From positions 1 to 40,806 of the IMG/VR virus record IMGVR_UViG_3300048852_000112: a stretch of DNA of 40,806 nucleotides; one strand, 5' to 3'. Of this stretch, positions 9,211 through 18,011 are shown piece by piece. This DNA is from a virus (lineage: Duplodnaviria > Caudoviricetes). The notes under the pieces are model-generated. The model made no database searches. It saw only the letters and a list, made by a program, of their open reading frames with translations, and had not been told where the DNA came from. Positions within the stretch are counted from its first letter, which is position 1, and the number at the start of each line of letters is the position of its first letter. The translations under genes were made by a program, and so were the position numbers.

Positions 9211-9603
9211 ATGTCCGAACGCAAGATCGCGTACGAAAAACATCCCGTTTCCGCTGAGCGCAAGGCTGAGCTGCGCAAGCAGGGGTACAAGATCATCGAC
9301 GCCCGGTTTGCGCCGCAATGTCAGAAGCCTGTCGGCGAAGCTCTCCGCGATGATGGCCCGACGGTGGCGGAGTATGTGGCTGCCGGCTATCTCGCATCGA
9401 ACTACCCGCCGACCGGCTACAGCCCGCGCAGCACCCCGGAGGAAATCGAGGCGGCCATTGCCGCGGAAATGGGCAGCGGCGAGCCGGTCGGCGATGATGT
9501 CGCTGCCCTTCGCGCCGAATACGAGGCGAAGCTCGGCAAGAAGCCTTTTATGGGCTGGGATGCGGACGAACTCCGCAAGCGGATGGCAGAGGCCGGCGAG
9601 TGA
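9211..9603 (+). CDS. Hypothetical phage protein following the capsid gene
   Basis: YEKHPVSAERKAELR N-terminus, DGPTVAEYVAAGY segment, short helical C-terminal domain. Confidence 0.75.
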   Translation: MSERKIAYEKHPVSAERKAELRKQGYKIIDARFAPQCQKPVGEALRDDGPTVAEYVAAGYLASNYPPTGYSPRSTPEEIEAAIAAEMGSGEPVGDDVAALRAEYEAKLGKKPFMGWDADELRKRMAEAGE

Positions 9604-9812
9604 GCAAAGCGGCCGACATCGCCGCGATCAACCGTTGGGACAGGCTCGTTCTGACAGACAGTGGCGATGTGTGCGCCATTGACGTCTTCCTCGACGCGGA
9701 CGGCGACGAGGTTGGCGACCCGGCCCTGGCAGTTGTCGCCATAGGCCAATTGCCGGACAAACGCTGGTTTTCAGTTGACATGAGAGCCTATGAGACAGCG
9801 AGGACGCACTGA
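9600..9812 (+). CDS. Hypothetical protein
   Basis: Overlaps both neighbours (GTGA, TGATG coupling). Confidence 0.65.
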   Translation: MSKAADIAAINRWDRLVLTDSGDVCAIDVFLDADGDEVGDPALAVVAIGQLPDKRWFSVDMRAYETARTH

Positions 9813-10351
9813 TGGCGCTTATCGTCGAGGATGGCTCTGGAAAGCCGGATGCCGAAAGCTACGTCAGCGTGTCGGATTGCGCTTCCTACGCGGTCGCGCG
9901 CGGACTGACCTTCCCGGGCACACCGGAGGCAGAAGCCGAGGCTGCACTTCGCCGCGGGACCGCCTGGCTCGATGGAGCGTATAGGGGCAGCTTTCCCGGC
10001 CGGCGGAAGAAGGGCCGCGCCCAGGCATTGGAATGGCCGCGCGTTGACGCCTGGGACAATACCTGCCCGCCTGAGCCGATCGCTGATGACGAGATCCCGG
10101 TCGAGATCGTTCATGCAAGCTGCGAAGCCGGAATTCGCGAGCTCGCCGCGCCCGGTAGCCTCACGCCGGACGTGACTCCGGGCAAGATCAAGAAGTCGGC
10201 CAAGGTCGGCGACATCGCAGTGGAATATGCCATTGGCGCCGGTACCGCTCAGGATCAACGGCCGATCGTCTCCATCATCGACGACATTCTCGGCTCGCTG
10301 CTCTCGATCAGCCGTGGTGCGGCCCTGTTCGGAAGGGCAGAGCGGGCATGA
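9812..10351 (+). CDS. Head-tail adaptor (DnaT-like phage family)
   Basis: MALIVEDGSG…AESYVSV, QALEWPR, KVGDIAVEY motifs. Confidence 0.85.
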   Translation: MALIVEDGSGKPDAESYVSVSDCASYAVARGLTFPGTPEAEAEAALRRGTAWLDGAYRGSFPGRRKKGRAQALEWPRVDAWDNTCPPEPIADDEIPVEIVHASCEAGIRELAAPGSLTPDVTPGKIKKSAKVGDIAVEYAIGAGTAQDQRPIVSIIDDILGSLLSISRGAALFGRAERA

Positions 10352-10704
10352 GCTTCTACGGGGAAATGCGCGGCGTCGCGACCGAGCTCCTTGCCGAGTT
10401 CAAGCAGGGAACTGTCGAGTTGAAGCGGGTCGTCTCGACGCCCGGGCCGAACCCATGGGATCCGCCGACTGAGACGGAAACCCGGTGCCACCTATCCGCT
10501 ACCGCCGAGCGCCTTCATCAGAGGTACGAGAATGGCGTGCTGATCGTGGAGACGGGCGACATGATCACGTTCGCGGTTCCCGAGGTCGAGCCTGTGCTCA
10601 CCGACACGCTCATCATCGACGGCAAAGAGCGCGTCATCACCAACTTGACGCCTATCCCGCCTGCGGGGACCGTGGTGGCGTACAAGGTGTGGTGTGCGGC
10701 CTAA
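10348..10704 (+). CDS. Head closure / head-tail joining protein
   Basis: Position, size and ATGA coupling. Confidence 0.7.
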   Translation: MSFYGEMRGVATELLAEFKQGTVELKRVVSTPGPNPWDPPTETETRCHLSATAERLHQRYENGVLIVETGDMITFAVPEVEPVLTDTLIIDGKERVITNLTPIPPAGTVVAYKVWCAA

Positions 10705-11004
10705 GGTACTGCGTCTGTTGAGGACGGCCCGCCTTCATCGACCAAAGTGCGCAGGCGATCCGTAACAGATCTGCTGAATTTGAGGCGCACACCGGCGCCG
10801 TTTGAGCCTTGCTCGGGAAATGAAGACGGCTCCCAGTCCCTCAAGCGTGCTTTTCAGCGCTTCGATCGTTGCGGCATCGGGTGTCTGAAGGTCTCGCTCG
10901 AACATTTCGAGGACATTCGCGTCGACCCCGGAGCGCCTGGCAAGTTTCGATCGAGACACCTGAACAAGGGCGCGTGCTGCCTTGCAAAGCGGTCCCGTGA
11001 ACAT
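10701..11004 (-). pseudogene. XRE-family HTH regulator with an apparent 1-bp insertion
   Basis: GGAGG RBS; MFTGPLCKAARAL…HTH; removing one A at 10818-10820 restores …GAVFIPEQGSNGAGVRLKF…DAVP*. Confidence 0.75.
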
Positions 11005-11074
11005 GTCGGCCTCCATCTGGCTATTGGAATTACAGATGTTCAAACGCCTAGCACCTTGGGAGCGGTTCGAGTAG

Positions 11075-12130
11075 ATGCCCCGCTCGACCCGCGATATCAT
11101 CGAGGATCTGCTCGCAACATATGACGAGCGGCTACGCACGGCCTTCCTGGCGGCTGTTGACGACATCCGCAGCGCGATCGTGCTGAGAGTTGTCGTCGAA
11201 CGGCTCGAGAAGGGAGACGTGGCCGGCGCAATCGAGGCGATGCACCTTGACGTAGATGCTTTCGCGCGGCTCGAACTGGCGATCGTCGAGGCCTACAACG
11301 CTGGCGGCGCCGCGACCGTCGACAACCTGCCAAGGGTGGCCGATCCGCAGGGAAACCGGGTGGTGTTCCGGTTCGGTGTCCGCAATCCGGAGGCTGAGGC
11401 CTGGTTGCGCGACCATTCGTCGACGCTGGTCACCAGGATCATCGACGATCAGCGGGAGGCGATCAGGACCGCGCTCACGGAAGGGCTGGCACAGGGGCAG
11501 AACCCGCGACAGACGGCCCTCGGTGTCGTCGGCCGCGTATCTCGCACCTCGAACCGCAGGGAGGGCGGGGTGATCGGGCTCACCGCAGCCCAGGGCCAGT
11601 ATGTTGCCCGAGCCCGCCAAGAGCTGTTGTCTGGCGAGCCCGATCAACTGCAGCGGTATCTTGAGAGGGGGAGGCGGGACAAGCGCTTCGATCGGACCAT
11701 TCTCGCATCAATAAGAAACGGCAAGCCCATCCCTAGGGAGACTGTTGATCGGATCGTTGGCCGCTATGCCGACCGGCTGCTCGAGCTTCGGGGCAGTATG
11801 CTGGCCCAGAACGAAACGGCGGACGCCTTGGCGAAGAGCCGGGAAGATGCCATCCGGCAACAGATCAGGGCGGGGAAGATCGCGGCTGTCGACGTGAAGA
11901 AGGTTTGGCGGCATACGCCGCAGGAGCATCCCCGCCATCATCACCGCGCCATGAACGGCAAGAGCGTTGGACTGGATGAGCAATTCGAACTGCCGAACGG
12001 CGTCCGGATGAGCTATCCGCACGCGCCGGATGCTCCGATGAGCGAGAAGGGCGGGTGCAAGTGCTTCTTCACCCTTCGCATCGATTACTTCGCCTCGGTT
12101 GAGCGTCGGTTCAGGGCTGAGCAAGTCTGA
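11075..12130 (+). CDS. Minor head / head morphogenesis protein (Mu gpF, SPP1 gp7-like)
   Basis: C-terminal K.W….R.HH.AMNG…YP….GCKC motif. Confidence 0.85.
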   Translation: MPRSTRDIIEDLLATYDERLRTAFLAAVDDIRSAIVLRVVVERLEKGDVAGAIEAMHLDVDAFARLELAIVEAYNAGGAATVDNLPRVADPQGNRVVFRFGVRNPEAEAWLRDHSSTLVTRIIDDQREAIRTALTEGLAQGQNPRQTALGVVGRVSRTSNRREGGVIGLTAAQGQYVARARQELLSGEPDQLQRYLERGRRDKRFDRTILASIRNGKPIPRETVDRIVGRYADRLLELRGSMLAQNETADALAKSREDAIRQQIRAGKIAAVDVKKVWRHTPQEHPRHHHRAMNGKSVGLDEQFELPNGVRMSYPHAPDAPMSEKGGCKCFFTLRIDYFASVERRFRAEQV

Positions 12131-12579
12131 TGGCGCAATCTTTCTCGGCGCAGATCGATGCCTGGGTGCACAAGGTTGAAGGCGCGATCGAGGCAGTCTT
12201 CAAGGAGAGCGTGCAGGAGCTCGTCGAGGAGGCCGATCAGCTCCTGACGAAAATGGTCTACGAGGCCCCGCCGACTCCGAACTATCAGCGTACCGGATTC
12301 CTTAGGTCATCGCTCAAGGTGTCGACCTCGTCCATGCCTCTGGCAAATCGCCCGCAAGGCGCGCCGGACGCCAGCTATATGGCCGAAATTGAGGTGCAGA
12401 TTGCCGGGGCGGAAATGGGTGAGACCATCTTCGTGGGCTGGACTGCGAACTACGCGGGCTTCGTGCATTATGGCGCTCGTGGAGCCCCGCCCAAGCCGTG
12501 GGTCGGTCTAGTAGCGCAAAGATGGTCCTCGATCGTCGCCGACAAGACGAAAGAGCTTAAAGCCCGCCTTTGTCTTTGA
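12130..12579 (+). CDS. HK97 gp10-like tail completion protein
   Basis: SFSAQIDAWV, RTGFLRSS, ANYAGFVHYG motifs. Confidence 0.8.
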   Translation: MAQSFSAQIDAWVHKVEGAIEAVFKESVQELVEEADQLLTKMVYEAPPTPNYQRTGFLRSSLKVSTSSMPLANRPQGAPDASYMAEIEVQIAGAEMGETIFVGWTANYAGFVHYGARGAPPKPWVGLVAQRWSSIVADKTKELKARLCL

Positions 12580-12763
12580 CGCCTACCAGCCTGTCGCTCT
12601 CCTGCTCTCCTGCCAGGAGTAGGGCCAAGCCAAGGCCAGAGAGAACCTGGCGGGCCGCTTTCAGCGCCGTGTCACCGCGAACGGTCTCGGCCTCATCATC
12701 GCCGAGAAGCTTGCGGGCGGCAGTAAGGCGCTCGTGGATCTGGTTGTCTGTCAGCGGCTTCAT
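12557..12763 (-). CDS. Small antisense moron protein
   Basis: MKPLTDNQIHERL…, 68 aa, fills the gap between two structural genes. Confidence 0.6.
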   Translation of the reverse strand: MKPLTDNQIHERLTAARKLLGDDEAETVRGDTALKAARQVLSGLGLALLLAGEQESDRLVGVKDKGGL

Positions 12764-12783
12764 GCAACAAGGGATAGCGCAGA

Positions 12784-13197
12784 ATGCCAGCCATAGAAAC
12801 AGCCCTGTGGCTGGCCTTGCGCGCCCGCGTGGAAGCGTTGGTCCTGTCGCCGGCTCTGCCCGTCGCATGGCCGAACGAAAGCTTCACCAAGCCAACCGGC
12901 GGCTATCTCCGGGTGACGCGGATACCGAACCTGAACCGCCGTCTGTTCCTGAAAGGCTCCGATCCTCACCAGCGCCTGAGCCTGCTGCAGATCGATGTAT
13001 TCGCGAAGAAGAACCAGAACGCAGCCGTCGCGCTGGAGATCGCCGGCCAGGTGGCGGCTCACTTCCCGGCTGATCTGAAGATGTCGGCCTATGGCGTCAC
13101 GGCACGGGTGACCAAAGCGCCCGAGGTCGCTCAGCCGCTCGACGACGAAACGCACCTCATGGTGCCGGTGACAGTGTCGGTGGAAGCGATGGCTTAG
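12784..13197 (+). CDS. Tail terminator (DUF3168/gp17-like)
   Basis: VAWPNESF…LLQIDVF…QVAAHFP pattern; position. Confidence 0.8.
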   Translation: MPAIETALWLALRARVEALVLSPALPVAWPNESFTKPTGGYLRVTRIPNLNRRLFLKGSDPHQRLSLLQIDVFAKKNQNAAVALEIAGQVAAHFPADLKMSAYGVTARVTKAPEVAQPLDDETHLMVPVTVSVEAMA

Positions 13198-13209
13198 AGC
13201 GCGGAGTGG

Positions 13210-14067
13210 TTACGAGAAGAATTCCGGTTCGCTCGAGCTGAATTTGCGATCCAACAATGTCCAGAAATCCTCGCTGTTCAGCGCCTCCCGATAGGGGCTG
13301 AGAGCTTCCACTATCTCGCCGGACTCTCCCTCTTGCATTTTGAGCATTCTGACTATTGCACCCAGGTGGTCCAACACCAGCATGCGTTCAGACGGACTGA
13401 CGACGCGCGACAATGTTGCGGCTAGCCGCTCGTACCTATCCAGAGCTGAAAGCAGAGCGGAAGAGTCCTTGGATTCGACGCCCTGTGTGTGGAGCGCGAA
13501 GGCCTCTCTCATGAGGTACTGAGTGCGCTCTTTCAAACATTCCCAAGGCAACGCTGCTGCGGCATCGGCGTAGTGTCTGGCAGCTTCGCCGTATTGCGAT
13601 CGTATCAGTGCGAGTTCGCCGCGTCGGGCGGAAGTATCGGCGGCAACTACAGAAAGGCGGTGGAAAGCCTGTTGCTGCTCAAGCTCGGCGTCGGCGAGCA
13701 GGGCGTCCGCTTTGTCCCAAGCGCCCGCTCTGATTGCTTCCTGCGCATCTGATTTGAGGGCGTCGATTGTTAGGCTGTCGCCCGTCATTGGTGGCGGAGT
13801 TGAGGTAAGCGAACGGACGCGTTCGGCAAGATAAGCCAGTTTTGCCGGCCGGAGTTCGGAAGGGATCTCCTCGATAAGCTGGAGCACCGCTATTAGCTGC
13901 CGGTGGTTTATCTGTAACTTCTGTTCCAGGTGAGTGATGAATCTTTGTTGTGTCTCCGTGTGTTCCTTGTAGGGCCGGACAATGGCGTCAAGTTGCTCCG
14001 GCGGGATAGCCTGGACGGTCGATTGACGGTTGTCGCTAAAGAGGTTGAAGGCGAAGTTGGAGGCCAT
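13210..14067 (-). CDS. TPR-like alpha-helical protein (moron)
   Basis: Helical repeats (AGAWDKADALL; RGELALIRSQYGEAARHYADAA; EALSPYREAL); N-rich N-terminal motif. Confidence 0.75.
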   Translation of the reverse strand: MASNFAFNLFSDNRQSTVQAIPPEQLDAIVRPYKEHTETQQRFITHLEQKLQINHRQLIAVLQLIEEIPSELRPAKLAYLAERVRSLTSTPPPMTGDSLTIDALKSDAQEAIRAGAWDKADALLADAELEQQQAFHRLSVVAADTSARRGELALIRSQYGEAARHYADAAAALPWECLKERTQYLMREAFALHTQGVESKDSSALLSALDRYERLAATLSRVVSPSERMLVLDHLGAIVRMLKMQEGESGEIVEALSPYREALNSEDFWTLLDRKFSSSEPEFFS

Positions 14068-14072
14068 CCAAA

Positions 14073-14327
14073 TCAGTCCTTCAGCAATCCAACGAGGGCG
14101 GTCGCCAAACCTAACACCGCTACCCCTAGGCCGACCCAGTCCGGCTTGGCGCTCTTGGCCTTCTCCCGTTCCTCTGTGCCAGTCGTGATGGTCTGAGTGT
14201 TGGTACTGCCGAAATTGATGCCGAAGTTTCTCAAGTTAAAGCCGCCGCGTTGACCAGAGCCGATCTTGGCTAGACCAAGCAGAAAAACCAAAATACCGAC
14301 AACGATCAGGATAGCACTTGTGGACAT
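14073..14327 (-). CDS. Small two-TM protein with N/G-rich loop (moron)
   Basis: GAGGA RBS; TM1 AILIVVGILVFLLGLA, TM2 WVGLGVAVLGLATALVGLL. Confidence 0.75.
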   Translation of the reverse strand: MSTSAILIVVGILVFLLGLAKIGSGQRGGFNLRNFGINFGSTNTQTITTGTEEREKAKSAKPDWVGLGVAVLGLATALVGLLKD

Positions 14328-14451
14328 TGGCGAGTCCTCAGCGCTGTCATTGTGTGCCCAATTTGGCTCCACCGCAACATAAGAAAGGGGCGCCACCCGT
14401 CCCGTGTGCCGTATCCCGCCCTTCGGCAAGGCGACTTCAAGGAGCATCCCG

Positions 14452-14922
14452 ATGATCAACACGGCATCCGGGGCCAAGATCTCCATTGGCCCCACCACTC
14501 CGGCCGGCACCGAGGCTGAATACTCGGCTCTGACCTATGTCGAGATCGGCGAGGTCGAGAACCTGGGCGAGTTCGGCGACCAGTCGAACGACGTCACCTT
14601 CACCTCTCTGAAGGATTCCCGCGTCCGGCACCTCAAAGGCGCTCGCGACGCTGGTGTTCTCGCCCTTGTGGTCGGCCGAGACTCGAAAGACGCTGGTCAG
14701 GTTGCGCTCAAGGCCGCCGAGAAGACAAAGCACGCCTATGCGTTCAAGATCGAGGCGGCCGATGCCGAAGACGCCAGCGATCCGAACAGCGTCTACTATT
14801 TCCATGCGCTCGTGCAGTCCGCCCGAGAGAACTTCGGCGAGGCGGACAATGTGGTTCGCACCACGTTCAATCTCGGCATCGCCACCGGCATCATTGAAGT
14901 GCCGACCGTTGCCACGCCCTGA
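14452..14922 (+). CDS. Major tail tube protein
   Basis: AAGGAG RBS; EIGEVENLGEFGD…R.RHLKGARDAG motif. Confidence 0.88.
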   Translation: MINTASGAKISIGPTTPAGTEAEYSALTYVEIGEVENLGEFGDQSNDVTFTSLKDSRVRHLKGARDAGVLALVVGRDSKDAGQVALKAAEKTKHAYAFKIEAADAEDASDPNSVYYFHALVQSARENFGEADNVVRTTFNLGIATGIIEVPTVATP

Positions 14923-14930
14923 GGTGATCC

Positions 14931-15347
14931 ATGGACCTTTCCAAGTTTGACGGTTTCGCGAAGTCCTTCGACGAGGGTCTTCGCATCGAGATCCGACACC
15001 CTGTCACGGGCGAAAAGCTCGGCATGGCTGTCACCGTGGCCAGCTACCAGTCGGAGCGGGTGAAGAAGGTCCAGCGCAAGCCGGCGAATGCCGCCATGCG
15101 CGAGCAGCGACGGAACCCGAAGAAGGCGGCCACTGTCGATGAGGTCGAGGAGAAGGCCCACGACATCATGGTCGCAGCCGTGATCTCCTGGGAAGGCTTC
15201 GAGCGAGACGGTAAGGAGCTGCCTTGCACGCCCGAGAACGTCCGGTCGGTCATCACCAATCCGGATCTCTGGTTCATTCCTGAGCAGATCGATAAGGCCG
15301 CCGAGGATCAGCAGGCTTTTTTGACGGCCTCGCAGACGACCTCCTGA
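14931..15347 (+). CDS. Tail assembly chaperone (gpG-like)
   Basis: Between tube and tape measure; HPVTGEKLG; slippery site at the 3' end. Confidence 0.85.
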   Translation: MDLSKFDGFAKSFDEGLRIEIRHPVTGEKLGMAVTVASYQSERVKKVQRKPANAAMREQRRNPKKAATVDEVEEKAHDIMVAAVISWEGFERDGKELPCTPENVRSVITNPDLWFIPEQIDKAAEDQQAFLTASQTTS

Positions 15348-15679
15348 CGTTTGCCGAGGCCGAATTCGCAAAGCCAGGCAGTGGCGAACCCCCGGACGCC
15401 ACCGCCCATATCTGGGAATGGTACCTCGACCTGGCCGTCTCCTTCGGCGGCATGGGCGGCACGCCCTTCCATATGGAGATCGAGGCATACTCCCGATTGA
15501 GCGGCGCCGAGCCGGACTATTGGGAGGTCTCGATGCTTAGGGCGCTCTATCGCCTCAACATGGCAGCGGCCGACAAGCGGCCCAAGACAGGCCCGTCAAC
15601 GCCTACGGTCGAAGTTGCAGACGGCGCCGGCATCAAGGGGCTCATGAGGGGGATGGGGGCGAAGAGGAAGGCTACTTGA
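15317..15679 (+). CDS. gpT part of the G-T fusion, reached by programmed -1 frameshift
   Basis: T TTT TTG heptamer at 15317-15323; -1 frame open to 15679 with HIWEWYLDL…EIEAYSRL…WEV..LRAL. Confidence 0.8.
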   Translation, partial: FFDGLADDLLTFAEAEFAKPGSGEPPDATAHIWEWYLDLAVSFGGMGGTPFHMEIEAYSRLSGAEPDYWEVSMLRALYRLNMAAADKRPKTGPSTPTVEVADGAGIKGLMRGMGAKRKAT

Positions 15680-15965
15680 AGTTCTTCAGCATATTCCTGC
15701 AGAACTTCTCGTTGAGGTGGCTGCCCTCAGTGCTTTGTTCTTCCACCTTCGCGACGAACTGCTCCACGGTCGGGTCGGTCACGCCAGCGTCTGCGAGGAT
15801 CGCTGCCGCATTCTCTTTCGCCCACTCGTAGGGCCGATAGTCGCCGGTGATCGCGGCGCACTGATACGCCAGTGTTAGGCGAACTGCCGTTTTCTTGATC
15901 GCCTCCTCCCGCTCATCGGCAACCGCCGTTCCCGCCATCATCGCCAACAGAATCAGTGCTCGCAT
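15672..15965 (-). CDS. Small exported protein (antisense moron)
   Basis: GGAGG RBS; signal peptide ending AVA; two Cys. Confidence 0.75.
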   Translation of the reverse strand: MRALILLAMMAGTAVADEREEAIKKTAVRLTLAYQCAAITGDYRPYEWAKENAAAILADAGVTDPTVEQFVAKVEEQSTEGSHLNEKFCRNMLKNFK

Positions 15966-16022
15966 GCGTGCCTCCATTTAGGGGCGGCAACGCTAGCGAG
16001 CGATCAAGTCAAAGGCAAAGCC

Positions 16023-18011
16023 ATGCCAGACATTGCCTCCCTCGGCATCGCCGTCGACAGTTCGCAGGCCGATAAGGGGGCCGTTTCCCTTGAGAAGCTG
16101 TCCAATGCGGCAAAGCGGGCTGAATCTGCGACGAAGGGGGTAACGATCGGCGCGCGAGGCGCTGCGGCTGCTGCCGTGTCCGTCTCCAGTGCGTCGAGCA
16201 ATGCCGCCGCTGCCTTGGACCGGGAAGCCGCTGCCGCGAAACGTGCTGCCCAAGCTATGAACGCCCATGGGGTTGCCGTGAATGACAATGTTCGCCGGAT
16301 GGGCGGCAGCATGTCCGGGTTGGCGGCTCAGTTCCAAGACATCGGCGTCACCGCAGCGATGGGCATGAACCCGCTCGTAATTGCCCTTCAGCAGGGCACG
16401 CAGATCGCGGGGCAGATGGAAGCTGCAATGCAAGGCGGCAGTTCGGCGCTCGACGTCCTGGGGCAGTCCTTCAAGTCGCTGTTCTCTCCCCTGACGTTCG
16501 TCACCATAGCGCTGACCGCCTTGACGGCAGCGGGGCTCCAGATGGTCGACTGGCCGAAGGCAGCGGCATGGGCGCTCGCTCTGCTCGCCGACAACTTGGA
16601 GATGATTGCCCCGTACGCGGCGGCCGCTGCCGGCGCGCTCGCACTCATATACGCGCCGTCCATCGTCACCGGCTTGGTCCATCTGATCGCGTTGATTGCG
16701 CGCATGGGTACCGCTGCGCTCGCGGCAGCCGGCTCATTCACGGCTGCATGGCTGGCGGCCATGGGCCCGGTGGGATGGCTGATCGCCGGTATCGGAGCAG
16801 TGGCCGCCGCAGCGTTCCTCCTCCGAGATCAGATCAAGACCGCTATCGGCGTCGACGTCGTCGAGGTTTTCAAGGCTGCCGGCAACTTCATCATCAACAG
16901 CTTCGAGGCCGCCTACTCGGACGTGAAGTTCATATGGTCGAACTTCGGAAACATGATGGGCGCGGCTGTGGTTGGCGGTGTGAATGTCGCGATTCGCGCG
17001 ATCAATAGCCTCATCGAGCAGGCCTCAAAAGGTATCGACAAGCTTATCGACACCATCAACCCCGTCCTTGAGTACGGCGGCCTAGACCCGTTCAGCAAAG
17101 TTGGCGGATCAGTTTCCATCGAGGAACTGCCGAATCCCTATGCTGACAGCTTTTCTCGCGCCAATGCTGCTCATGCTGGCGAGATCGAGCGCATCATGGG
17201 CCAAGATCGCCTTGGCCAGTTCGGAGCCGCGATCGGTGAGGGCGCCTCCTTTGCTTCGGACAAGCTCCGCGAACTGTCCGACTGGATGGGGACGGCCGAG
17301 GAAGCCACCATGAAGGCGGACAAAGCTGCCAAAGAGGCTGCGAACGGCTGGCGGCACTTCGGCCGCGAAGCAGCGCGCGCGGCCGAGGAGACGCTCCAGT
17401 TTGCCCAGGACGTGGGGCGCGGCTTCATGTCTGACCTTCGCTCTGGTTTGGAGGAGGGTAAGGGCCTGTGGCGCTCTTTCGCGGACGCGGCTCTGAATGC
17501 GCTCGACAGGATAGCAACTCGCTTGATCGACATGGCCACTGACAGCCTCATCTCCAATGTGCTGGGCAGCTTGGTGGGCGGCTCGTTCCTCACGCCTCGT
17601 GCTTGGGGGGCAATCCAGTCTGGGGCTGGCGGCCTCTATGCGGACGGCGGCTATACCGGTGCTGGCGGCAAGTACGAGCCGGCCGGCGTGGTCCATAAGG
17701 GCGAATACGTCTTCTCGGCAGCTGCCGTTCGCGCGCTTGGGGCTGGCAATCTCGACCGCGTCCACCGGGCCGCAAAGCGCGGCTTTACCGACGGCGGATA
17801 CGCGGGCTCTCAGAGGCTGCAGGCGCCAGCCAACCAAAACGGCGGCAGTCCGTTCACCTTTGCTCCAGTCTATCACATCGACGCGCGCGGCGCCGACCAG
17901 GCCGCCGTGGCAAGGCTCGAGGCGGGACTGGCGAAGACAAATCGCGAGATGGAGGCGAGGGTGGTCAACGCTGTGCGCGACGCCAACAAGCGGAATGTGA
18001 AGTTCGGATGA
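16023..18011 (+). CDS. Tail tape measure protein
   Basis: Ala/Gly-rich; LAAQFQDIGVT…QQGTQI; YADGGYTG…PAGVVHKGEYV. Confidence 0.92.
   Translation: MPDIASLGIAVDSSQADKGAVSLEKLSNAAKRAESATKGVTIGARGAAAAAVSVSSASSNAAAALDREAAAAKRAAQAMNAHGVAVNDNVRRMGGSMSGLAAQFQDIGVTAAMGMNPLVIALQQGTQIAGQMEAAMQGGSSALDVLGQSFKSLFSPLTFVTIALTALTAAGLQMVDWPKAAAWALALLADNLEMIAPYAAAAAGALALIYAPSIVTGLVHLIALIARMGTAALAAAGSFTAAWLAAMGPVGWLIAGIGAVAAAAFLLRDQIKTAIGVDVVEVFKAAGNFIINSFEAAYSDVKFIWSNFGNMMGAAVVGGVNVAIRAINSLIEQASKGIDKLIDTINPVLEYGGLDPFSKVGGSVSIEELPNPYADSFSRANAAHAGEIERIMGQDRLGQFGAAIGEGASFASDKLRELSDWMGTAEEATMKADKAAKEAANGWRHFGREAARAAEETLQFAQDVGRGFMSDLRSGLEEGKGLWRSFADAALNALDRIATRLIDMATDSLISNVLGSLVGGSFLTPRAWGAIQSGAGGLYADGGYTGAGGKYEPAGVVHKGEYVFSAAAVRALGAGNLDRVHRAAKRGFTDGGYAGSQRLQAPANQNGGSPFTFAPVYHIDARGADQAAVARLEAGLAKTNREMEARVVNAVRDANKRNVKFG

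Noticed and set aside
14417-14433. Small hairpin CGCCCTTCGGCAAGGCG before the tail tube RBS
   Set aside because: Single short stem with a loop unlike the GGAU set; not distinguishable from chance without homologues.
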